A stretch of DNA of 64,000 bases from Bordetella parapertussis (lineage in GTDB: Bacteria > Pseudomonadota > Gammaproteobacteria > Burkholderiales > SG8-41). Within the stretch, counting starts at the first letter, position 1. Each line of letters begins with the position of its first letter. A model generated the notes under the pieces. That model searched no databases. It was given only the letters and a program-made list of their open reading frames with translations, and was not told where the DNA came from. This document shows, in pieces, positions 1-9,106 of the stretch. A program made the translations under genes and the position numbers. The stretch is from positions 3,325 to 67,324 of the forward strand of contig CAMBCF010000006.1 of assembly GCA_945864585.1 (NCBI GenBank), read 5' to 3'.

Positions 1-141
1 CGCATCGATCTGGGCGTTGTGGTCAATGAGCGCCACTTCGAACGCCGGCGCGAAGTGCTCAAGCTCGATCGACGCAAACGGTGGCGCTTCGAACGGCGTA
101 GTCCAGGCTTCCAGCAGCGGGTTGCGAGCGGCTTCGGTCAT
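1..141 (-). CDS. M3-family peptidyl-dipeptidase (Dcp-like), first 47 codons only; gene runs off the left edge
   Basis: My own minus-strand translation from ATG 141-139 gives MTEAARNPLLEAWTTPFEAPPFASIELEHFAPAFEVALIDHNAQIDA. The NPLL..W..P...PPF...EHF.PAF pattern is the usual N-terminus of dipeptidyl-carboxypeptidase-type M3 peptidases. It is below the ORF-track length cutoff. Confidence 0.6.
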   Translation of the reverse strand, partial: MTEAARNPLLEAWTTPFEAPPFASIELEHFAPAFEVALIDHNAQIDA

Positions 142-842
142 AGGTGTCTTGAGGGTTGGATTGGCACTTCGCGCATACTAATACGCAGTATCACGCTGGA
201 GTGCAACCGATGCGCCTGTCGATCCATCCGCGCACTTGTGCGGAAACTCGCTAGCTCGGCGCCCGCAAGCGCCGGATCGTCACCGTCAGTGCTGCCGTGT
301 GCCCGAAGCGGATTTTGCCGTCCTCCATACGCCGGCCGATCCCCGCGCTTGCGCCGGCGCGGGCCAGCGCTTCCATCACCACCCTGAGCGGACGCCGACG
401 CTCCGGGGCATTGGTGATCGCTAGCTATTTCTCGAATTCGCGGTGATTGGTCTAGGTGACGCAGGGTTCAGCCACTTTTGCGGCGACTTCTTTTGACCTT
501 GTCAACTTTTGATCGCGGGGAAACGCCGCTTTTTTTATTTGCTGACCGTGTTGGCTGTAGTGGCTTTGCATTGGATCTGTGCCGGGGGAATTGGCGAACT
601 CCCATGATCAGTACGACCATCAATCTGCGCTTGCATACCGGACACTCCGCGCTTGCATGTCTCGAGGTTGTCGTTTTAAGCCCGTGCCGTTGGCCACGCA
701 CCGGGCGGCGACTGCCATCACATAGGGTTTTCTTCATGCGTGCCTAAAATTAAGAATTATCAGCAAGGCATATGCGCTAATCTGGAATAGTACAACAGCT
801 TGCTTTAATGGGCTATTCAAATGAGCGGCGCAACAGGCTCCA

Positions 843-871
843 TTGGCACGACGGCGGTTCGCGCATATACT
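843..871 (+). promoter_or_regulatory. sigma70-like promoter TTGGCA-17 nt-TATACT upstream of the tfdA-like relic and gene
   Basis: TTGGCA lies at 843-848, followed by a 17-nt spacer and TATACT at 866-871. A GGAG (890-893) sits 8 nt before ATG 902. This is a sequence pattern only. Confidence 0.35.
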
Positions 872-901
872 CATGGCTAGCCTCGCGCTGGAGTTCATCT
901 G

Positions 902-1021
902 ATGAGCTTGTCTATCCGTCCCCTTACCGCCTCGGGCTTCGCCGGAGAGGTTTCAGGCGTCGATCTAACGCAGCCGCTCAGCCGGGAGCAGTTAGGGTTA
1001 ACGGCAGGACTGAGGACTTAG
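902..1021 (+). pseudogene. 5' relic of a second TfdA/TauD-family dioxygenase gene (30 N-terminal codons, then reads into a repeat element and stops)
   Basis: My own translation gives MSLSIRPLTASGFAGEVSGVDLTQPLSREQ|LGLTAGLRT*. The first 30 residues align with the N-termini of the intact paralogs in this window: MDINIRAVQNGFVGEVTHIDICAPLTRDQ at 1111 and MSVTIHKLHAHVGAEVSAIDLRQ at 30006. Confidence 0.5.
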
Positions 1022-1093
1022 GACCGAGGGTTAACGGCAGGACTGAACTTAGGACTGAGGACTGCGCTGGGGTTACTAAGTCCTCAGTCCTGC
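995..1093. repeat. Oligomer-array hairpin element, GGACTGA type (copy 1)
   Basis: The direct repeat GGGTTAACGGCAGGACTGA occurs at 995-1013 and 1028-1046. GCAGGACTGAGGACTT (1004-1019) is the exact reverse complement of AAGTCCTCAGTCCTGC (1078-1093). GGACTGAGGACT (1052-1063) pairs with the same right arm. Confidence 0.8.
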
Positions 1094-1110
1094 TATGTAA
1101 GGGAGGTAAC

Positions 1111-2031
1111 ATGGACATCAATATTCGCGCCGTGCAGAACGGCTTTGTCGGCGAAGTCACCCACATCGATATTTGCGCGCCGTTGACCCGCGATCAGGTG
1201 GCCGCGATTGAACGCGGCATGGACGACTACGCCGTGCTGACTTTCCCCGATCAGCCGCTGACCGACGAACAGCAGATGGCATTCACCGCAAACTTTGGTC
1301 AACTGGAAATCACCCTCGCGGGCCAGATGGCCAAGCCCGAGGAACGGCGGTTTCAGACGCTCGAACTCGGCGACATTTCTAATTACGCCAAGGGCGACAC
1401 GAGCAAACTGCGGGAGCGCGCGGACAAGGCCCGCATGTATGCGCTGGCGAACCGGCTGTGGCACTCCGATGCATCATTCCGCGCGGTGGGCGCAGGTTAT
1501 ACCTTGCTGCACGCGCGCATCGTGCCCAGCAGTGGCGCCGACACACAATTCGCCGACATGCGCGGCGCCTATGACGCACTGAGCGCGAAGGATAAGCAGG
1601 AGGTTGAAGATCTCGTGTGCGAGCATTCGATCGTGTACTCACGTCAGCAAATCGGCTTCGCCGAATACAATCCGGGCTTCGAGGAACACCTGAAGCCGGT
1701 GCCGCACAAGCTGGTGCTGACGCATCCGAAGTCTGGGCGCAAGTCGCTATACCTCTCCTCACATATCGGCGGCATCGTCGGTTGGCCGGTGCCGGAAGCC
1801 CGCGCCTTCCTGCGCGACCTGACCGAACACGCGACACAAGCGCAGTTCGTCTACGCCCATAAGTGGCAAGTCGGCGACATGGTGATGTGGGACAACCGCA
1901 CCGTCATGCACCGCGCGACACGCTTCGACGATCTGAAGGAAGTCCGCGATCTGCGCCGGACTTCGTTAAAGGGTGTGGGCCTGGAAGTGAAGCTGCAACA
2001 GTCTGCCGTGGCGGCTACGGCGGCGGCGTAA
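1111..2031 (+). CDS. TfdA/TauD-family Fe(II)/2-oxoglutarate dioxygenase
   Basis: This is the track ORF 808-2031 trimmed to ATG 1111, which follows GGGAGG at 1101-1106. It carries the WHSDASF (HxD) motif and a C-terminal MHRAT region typical of TfdA-like enzymes. It is a paralog of the 30006 gene. Confidence 0.85.
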   Translation: MDINIRAVQNGFVGEVTHIDICAPLTRDQVAAIERGMDDYAVLTFPDQPLTDEQQMAFTANFGQLEITLAGQMAKPEERRFQTLELGDISNYAKGDTSKLRERADKARMYALANRLWHSDASFRAVGAGYTLLHARIVPSSGADTQFADMRGAYDALSAKDKQEVEDLVCEHSIVYSRQQIGFAEYNPGFEEHLKPVPHKLVLTHPKSGRKSLYLSSHIGGIVGWPVPEARAFLRDLTEHATQAQFVYAHKWQVGDMVMWDNRTVMHRATRFDDLKEVRDLRRTSLKGVGLEVKLQQSAVAATAAA

Positions 2032-2091
2032 TTCATGCCCATTAAATTGGGTTGTCCAGACTCGCATCTCCGGTAGCAACACCCTATATTC

Positions 2092-2846
2092 GTGAAAGGA
2101 GCAGCGACGATGGGAAGTCGGGCAGCCAGCATTCCCTCACGTACGCCGCAGGATGCGATTGAGGAACTGGAATACGTGGTCGGGGAGCTGGGGTACAAAG
2201 CCATCATGCTGCGCGGCAATCAGGAGCGTGCTATTCCCAGTGCCGCGCAAGGCATCGATCCGCAAAAGGCCGCCTGGTACTGCGACAACATCGCGCTCGA
2301 CAGCCCTTATGACTACGATCCGTTCTGGCAGCGCTGCGTTGATCTGGGCGTGGCGGTGACCCAACACGCGGGCAGTGCCGGCTGGTCGGATCGCGCCTCC
2401 ATCAATAACTTTACCTACAACCATGTGGGCCACTTCGCCGAAGCGAACCACGCCTTTGCGCGCGGGGTCTTCCTGGGTGGTGTGGCACGCCGCTTTCCCA
2501 GCCTTAATTTCGGCTTCATGGAAGGCGGCGTGAGCTGGGCCTGTCAGATGGTCGGCGACATGATCGAACAATGGGAAAAGCGCCGCCGCGCCGGCTTGCA
2601 GTACCCGAACACCACCAACGTTGCCGAGTTAACGACGTGCCCGATTTCAACGATGTGATACCCGAAGCATTTGAGATGGTGGAAAAGGGCTACGTCACCG
2701 CGCAGGATTTTCGTGAGTTCACCTTCACCAACGCCGCGCTTTTGCACACGCGCAACAATGCGAATTTTTTCAAAGGCACAGCCGTCGAGCAGGCGGTGGC
2801 CGATGCGCTGGGCCTGAAGGCGCCGCCGGCGGTGGCCACAGCCTAA
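2092..2846 (+). pseudogene. Amidohydrolase-2 family gene fragment, 5'-truncated and frameshifted
   Basis: ORFs 2092-2658 and 2571-2846 are consecutive parts of one amidohydrolase, joined by a 1-nt frame change near 2625-2640. The metal-binding N-terminal region (the DxH start seen in the 13224 and 14417 paralogs) is absent. Only about 60 nt separate it from the upstream stop. Confidence 0.6.
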
Positions 2847-2891
2847 AACTGCCAATACCTGCTTGAGGCATTGGTATCCACACTGCGAAAG

Positions 2892-3425
2892 TTAAGTAAC
2901 CCCGAACGCCCCGGCAATGCGGTTCATATAAGCGAAGAAAGAGGTCACATGGACCGTCGCGACGATCTGCGGGTCGGTCCAACCCTCTGCGCGTAAGTCG
3001 TCGATGTCCATCTGGGTCATCTCTCCTGGGGTCTTGCTCAACTTCCATACATAGTCGAGCAGCGCCTGTTCCTTCCTTGACAGGCCGGCACGCGTGTAGT
3101 CTTGGTGAATGGCCTGGGCAAACGCCGGGGCGCCGGTGATTTCCGCCAGTTGCCTCGCATGAGCTGGCCCGCCGAATTTAGACCCATTGGCAACCGACAC
3201 CACGGTGGCGATCATCTCCGAAAGACGCCGGTCTATAGAGCGGCAGGCGTAGTTATTGTCTGGATAGAAGTAGGCGAACCCCTCCACCACCAGTGGCTCT
3301 CCAGCCATCACGGAACGAATGTGGGGTATTCGTCCGCGCGTAGCCAGAATCCTGTCGTAGGCGCGCCTGAGGTCACCGGTGGCTTCTTCCACCGGAGCGA
3401 TCTTAATCCAGGGACTGTTGGACAC
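2892..3425 (-). CDS. Carboxymuconolactone decarboxylase / AhpD-like (peroxidase-related) family protein
   Basis: This 177-aa ORF has a CMD-fold signature region VVSVANGSKFGGPAH that aligns to the canonical N-C-x-Y-C-x3-H motif. Confidence 0.75.
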   Translation of the reverse strand: MSNSPWIKIAPVEEATGDLRRAYDRILATRGRIPHIRSVMAGEPLVVEGFAYFYPDNNYACRSIDRRLSEMIATVVSVANGSKFGGPAHARQLAEITGAPAFAQAIHQDYTRAGLSRKEQALLDYVWKLSKTPGEMTQMDIDDLRAEGWTDPQIVATVHVTSFFAYMNRIAGAFGVT

Positions 3426-3430
3426 CGGTG

Positions 3431-4426
3431 CTATTCCATCTTGAATCCGGATTCTTTTACCACTTTGGCCCAGCGTTCTTTTTCCGCTGACAGGAATTTG
3501 CCGGTTTCAGCGGGCGTCATGGGCAGCGGCACGGTGCCCTGGGTGCCGAGTTTTTCTATCACATCCGGCATCGCGAGTACGCGACGCAGTTCGCCGTTGA
3601 ACTTATTCACGATGTCAGCAGGCAGTTTCGCCGGGCCCAGCAGGCCTTGCCAGGAGCCGGTGTGAAAGCCTTCGAAGCCCGGCGTCTCGGAAACTGTCTG
3701 CGTGCCGGGTAATGCGGGATCGCGTTTTTCGCTGGAGATCGCGATCACTTTAATGCGGCCGATCTTCACATGCGGCAGCGTTTGCAGCATGCCCAGAAAC
3801 ATCACATCTCCTTCGCCGGTGGCCACCGTCATCAACGACTGCTGGCCGCCCCGGGTTGGAATGTATATCCAGTTCACGCCGCTGCGATTTTGCACGGCGA
3901 GTCCGGCCAGGTGCGTCGCACTGCCGAGGCCCGTAGGAAAGTTGAGCTTACCGGGATTTTTTTTCGCCAGCGTAATCAGTTCGGCCATATTTTTCGCGGG
4001 GACGCTGGGGTGCACGCCCACCAGATGCGGTGAGTACGACACCAAGCTGATCGGCGCAAGATCGCGTAGCGGCTCGTACGGCAGCTTGGGATAAACGGAA
4101 GGGCTGATCATCAGACCGCCGACATCCGTCAGCAAAAACGTGTAGCCGTCGGGCGGCGCGCGCACGGTGAGATCGGTGCCGATAGTGCCGTTGGCGCCGG
4201 CGCGGCTGTCGACGAGGATTTGCTGGCCCCAGGCTTCGGTGAGTTTCTGGCCGATCAGACGCGCGAGGATGTCGGAAGTGCCGCCCGACGGAAACGGCAC
4301 GATCACGCGTATCGCTTTGGTGGGCCAGGCGGCTGCGGATTGCGCGAATGCAGGCAGCGCAGCCGCGCTGGCCACCAGCGCAAAAAGGCTAACGGCGCCT
4401 AGCGGCGGGATAACGTGTCGATTCAT
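3431..4426 (-). CDS. Bug/TctC-family periplasmic solute-binding protein
   Basis: This is the track ORF 3431-4927 trimmed to ATG 4426, which has a GAGGA upstream. The signal peptide MNRHVIPPLGAVSLFALVASAAALPAFA is followed by the WPTKAIRVIVPFPSGGTSD motif typical of the family. Confidence 0.9.
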   Translation of the reverse strand: MNRHVIPPLGAVSLFALVASAAALPAFAQSAAAWPTKAIRVIVPFPSGGTSDILARLIGQKLTEAWGQQILVDSRAGANGTIGTDLTVRAPPDGYTFLLTDVGGLMISPSVYPKLPYEPLRDLAPISLVSYSPHLVGVHPSVPAKNMAELITLAKKNPGKLNFPTGLGSATHLAGLAVQNRSGVNWIYIPTRGGQQSLMTVATGEGDVMFLGMLQTLPHVKIGRIKVIAISSEKRDPALPGTQTVSETPGFEGFHTGSWQGLLGPAKLPADIVNKFNGELRRVLAMPDVIEKLGTQGTVPLPMTPAETGKFLSAEKERWAKVVKESGFKME

Positions 4427-4500
4427 GATGGATCCTCGTAAGTGGTGATCATGCTGTGCAAAGTGTAGCCGCGATGCGCGGCGCTGTCGAACGCCACCAG

Positions 4501-5325
4501 CTATTTGCCGAAGTACTCCTGAACTGTGTCCCATGCCATCGTCTGCAGAAATCGGGCAGTCTCGGGGTCTATGCCGGCGATATATTTGTTGCCGAGCGGC
4601 GATTTTCTGTAGATGGCCGCGTACGCCGTTGCCGCCGACAGGTAAGTGCCGGCAAGGCTCGGATGGCGCTTGTCGGGCTGGTAGAGCTCCAGTTCGGGCC
4701 GCTTCGCGATCGCATTCGCAAACGCCAGACCCGAAGGAATGACCAGCGCGTCGTTGTTGTTGCCGGCGACGGTGTACTCCTCTGCCAGCTGCCGGGTCAT
4801 CTCCGGCTTGTCCTTGTACGCCCACGTCATCAGGAAGATCGGCGTTGCGCCGTGCCGGCGGACTACGTCGCTCTGCTTTTTTGCGTACTCGTGAAACACC
4901 GACTTCAGCTTCGGATGGATGGGGCACTGGCTGCAGTCAATCATGATGACGGCGTCAAACAGCTTGTCGAACTTGTTGAAGCGTATCTCGTTGTCCCCGA
5001 CGAAGGAGTACTTGCCGATGCCGTTCGGACGGAAGTAGGACTCCATATCGTGCCAGTCGAAGCCGGACCCGCCGATCGTCACCGACGTGCCACGGTGCGC
5101 CATTTTCGGTTCCCCGGAGCGTACCAGCGCTCCGAGGTGATTATGCATGCTGTTGTTGTAATAGAAAAAGCTGTTTCCCACCCACATGATCGAGCGCGGC
5201 AGCTCGCCACCCACTTCGGTGCGCGTGGGTTTGGTCTGCGCGAGTAGATCGCCGGAAAAAATAACGAGACACAGCAGCGATAGCAATGCGCCCGTCATCC
5301 CGCCCTTACGAACTGTCACGAACAT
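4501..5325 (-). CDS. Secreted SGNH/GDSL-like hydrolase-fold protein (GNSF variant)
   Basis: The ORF is trimmed to ATG 5325, which has a GAGGAG 8 nt upstream. It has a signal peptide, a block I-like WVGNSFFYYNN and a block V-like DKRHPS. Confidence 0.55.
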   Translation of the reverse strand: MFVTVRKGGMTGALLSLLCLVIFSGDLLAQTKPTRTEVGGELPRSIMWVGNSFFYYNNSMHNHLGALVRSGEPKMAHRGTSVTIGGSGFDWHDMESYFRPNGIGKYSFVGDNEIRFNKFDKLFDAVIMIDCSQCPIHPKLKSVFHEYAKKQSDVVRRHGATPIFLMTWAYKDKPEMTRQLAEEYTVAGNNNDALVIPSGLAFANAIAKRPELELYQPDKRHPSLAGTYLSAATAYAAIYRKSPLGNKYIAGIDPETARFLQTMAWDTVQEYFGK

Positions 5326-5441
5326 GAGCACACTCCTCAGTAGGTCATTCCGGCCCCCGGATCGGAGTCCGGGGCGTGCTCCGCCAGAACGACGGGTTAG
5401 TGAAGCCGGCATTTTACGCTTTGCGCCCCGCGCAGTGGTGA

Positions 5442-6794
<1,353 letters not shown>

Positions 6795-6806
6795 AATCAT
6801 CGCGCC

Positions 6807-8102
6807 ATGCTTTCCGCTACTGACAACGAACTGCTCACCCGCACCGGCGCCGGCACGCCGATGGGCGACTATTTCCGGCGCTACTGGCAGCCGGTGGCGT
6901 TGTCATGCGAACTGGCCGCGCCCGACGGTCCGCCGATCCGCGTGAAAATCATGGGTGAGGATTTGGTGGCGTTTCGCGATACGCGGGGCAGGATCGGGTT
7001 GATCGAACCGCATTGTGCGCATCGCGGTGCGAATCTTTTTTTCGGGCGCAACGAAGCCTGCGGATTGCGCTGCATCTACCACGGCTGGAAATACGACGTG
7101 GACGGACATTGCATCGATATGCCCAACGTGCCGCCGGACGCCGGTTACCACGGCAAGGTTTCGATCAGAGCCTATCCCACGTGTGAATTCGGCGACATGG
7201 TATGGGCCTACCTCGGCCCGGCCGGGCATAGGCCCGCCCAGCCGCCGCAACTCGAGTGCGGTGTGGTGCCGGGGCCACATCGTTACGTGTGCAAGCGGCT
7301 GGTCGACTGCAACTGGGCGCACGCGATGGAAGGCGCGCTGGATACCGCGCATTTTTCTTTTTTGCACATGCCCGCGCCGGGCATGCGCTCGAACGTGAAC
7401 CCGGACGCGGCGGCAGACGAGAACCGCCTGCGTTGGTTGCGCAATGACCCGTTGCCGCAGTTCGTGGTCAAACAGCACGAGGTAGGTTTCGTCATCGGTG
7501 GTTCACGCAAAGCGGATAACGATGCGCTCTACTGGCGCATCACACAGTTCATGCTGCCCGCGCATTCGATCACGCCTTCGGCAATGCCGGGCGAAACCTA
7601 TTTCGGCTACACCTGGGTGCCGATCACCGATGAATCCTGCTGGATTTACGTCTATGCATGGCATCCCGAACGGCCGCTCACCGCCGATGAGCGCGCCCAA
7701 TATGAAAAAGGCGGCTTTGGCCAGATGGCCGAACTGGGGCCGGGCTATGTGCCGCTGCGCAATCGCGCGAATGATTACCTGATTGACCGCGACGACCAGA
7801 AACATCGTTCATTCACCGGCGTGCGCGGCATCGCAGAACAGGATCAGATGGCGTGGGAGAGTCAGGGCTACATCGTTGACCGCACGCGGGAGCACCTGTC
7901 GCCGACCGATGCCGGCATAGTGCATTTTCGTCGCGCCATGCTCGATGGCGTGCAGGCGTTGCGAGAAGGCAGGGCGCCTGCCGCAGCGGGTTGTCATGAC
8001 GCTTATCGTCTGCGTTCCGGTGGTGCGGTGGCGCCGTCAAAACTTTCGTTCGAAGAAATGATGTGCGAGCGTTTTGGCAACACAACGGGGCGCGCAAATT
8101 GA
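6807..8102 (+). CDS. Rieske [2Fe-2S] ring-hydroxylating oxygenase, alpha subunit (phthalate-family type)
   Basis: It carries the CAHRGANLFFGRNEACGLRCIYHGWKY Rieske motif and the DTAHFSFLH mononuclear-iron motif. Confidence 0.88.
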   Translation: MLSATDNELLTRTGAGTPMGDYFRRYWQPVALSCELAAPDGPPIRVKIMGEDLVAFRDTRGRIGLIEPHCAHRGANLFFGRNEACGLRCIYHGWKYDVDGHCIDMPNVPPDAGYHGKVSIRAYPTCEFGDMVWAYLGPAGHRPAQPPQLECGVVPGPHRYVCKRLVDCNWAHAMEGALDTAHFSFLHMPAPGMRSNVNPDAAADENRLRWLRNDPLPQFVVKQHEVGFVIGGSRKADNDALYWRITQFMLPAHSITPSAMPGETYFGYTWVPITDESCWIYVYAWHPERPLTADERAQYEKGGFGQMAELGPGYVPLRNRANDYLIDRDDQKHRSFTGVRGIAEQDQMAWESQGYIVDRTREHLSPTDAGIVHFRRAMLDGVQALREGRAPAAAGCHDAYRLRSGGAVAPSKLSFEEMMCERFGNTTGRAN

Positions 8103-8189
8103 CGCAGCGTTTGCGTGTTGGGGGCGGATTCACGATCAGGCTATACTCGGCAATCTGACCAATCACGCAGGAAATACTCAACACGCACC

Positions 8190-9008
8190 ATGGAAAGCGA
8201 TTCGATTGCCACGCCGCGGCTGGCGGCTACTGTGATGTTGTTGCGTGACGGTGATGACGGCATGGAAGTGTTCATGATCGTGCGTCATCACAACAGCGAT
8301 TTTGCCGGGGGTGCGCTGGTGTTTCCGGGCGGGCGTGTGGACCCGGAAGATTACGACCTCGCCACCGATGCAACGGTGTTTCCGCCGCAGGACGCCGTGG
8401 ATGCGGCCGCAGCGGCGTTGCGCGTGGCAGCGGTGCGCGAGACGTTCGAGGAATGCGGCGTGCTGCTGGCGCGTGCACGCGGGGAAGCGGCGCTGGTCAG
8501 TGCCGCCCGCCTGCGTGACATCGAGGCCGCGCATCGTGCCGCGATGACCTGCGGCGAGCGGACTTTTGGCGCCATCCTCGCGGCGGAGAAGCTGGTACTC
8601 GCGCCCGAAACCATGGTGCACTTTGCGCACTGGATCACGCCGGAGCGCGTGCCCAAGCGTTTCGACACGCATTTCTTTCTCGCGGCCGCGCCGTCGGACC
8701 AGGTCGCGCTGCATGACAGCGCAGAGGCGGTGGATTCGGTGTGGATTACGCCTGCGACCGCGCTCGAAGACACCAAGGCCGGCGCCTACAAGCTGGTGTT
8801 TCCAACCTCGATGAACCTGCAGAAACTCGCCCGCCACCCGCTGTCGGCGGCGGCGATGGATGCCGCGCGCGCGAGCCGGGTGGTGACCGTGATGCCGATA
8901 CAGGAGCAGGCTCGCGACGGCATGCGCGTCCTGCGACTGCCGCTGGCAGCCGGTTACGGCGGCGAACTGTTCGAGGTCTCCAATCCGCCGTCGATGCCCA
9001 GTCAGTAA
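8190..9008 (+). CDS. NUDIX hydrolase
   Basis: The ORF is trimmed to ATG 8190. The Nudix box elements are GGALVFPGGRV ... AAVRETFEECGV. Confidence 0.8.
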   Translation: MESDSIATPRLAATVMLLRDGDDGMEVFMIVRHHNSDFAGGALVFPGGRVDPEDYDLATDATVFPPQDAVDAAAAALRVAAVRETFEECGVLLARARGEAALVSAARLRDIEAAHRAAMTCGERTFGAILAAEKLVLAPETMVHFAHWITPERVPKRFDTHFFLAAAPSDQVALHDSAEAVDSVWITPATALEDTKAGAYKLVFPTSMNLQKLARHPLSAAAMDAARASRVVTVMPIQEQARDGMRVLRLPLAAGYGGELFEVSNPPSMPSQ

Positions 9009-9106
9009 CGCGCTGCACACGACGCTGCCGTGAGCCAATATACGCGCCTTGCAAAGCGCCAATTATTCCTTGTTGCTGTGCCGAAATTAGCGAAGTCCGC
9101 CGCCGC

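Noticed and set aside
240-424. Minus-strand reading AITNAPERRRPLRVVMEALARAGASAGIGRRMEDGKIRFGHTAALTVTIRRLRAPS as a gene fragment
   Set aside because: It is bounded by stops at both ends (55 codons), I could not assign it to any family, and it has no start context. It may be a relic, but that is unsupported.
468-747. Mutually antisense 89-aa ORFs 468-737(-) and 478-747(+)
   Set aside because: Both cannot be real, neither has an SD or a family resemblance, and the compositions are Arg/Cys-rich. I treat the region as non-coding.
160-871. TTGGCAC sequences at 161 and 843 as sigma-54 promoters
   Set aside because: The GG-N10-GC spacing and a TTGC -12 element are not satisfied at either site. The 843 site fits a sigma-70 TTGGCA-17-TATACT better.
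3431-4927. Long N-terminal extensions of track ORFs (3431-4927, 808-2031, 19684-20364, 30856-33000, 33066-33794, 55912-58041)
   Set aside because: The extensions are Arg/Pro-rich and unlike the families. Internal starts with SD sequences give proteins that begin with the expected signal peptide or family N-terminus, so I trimmed them.
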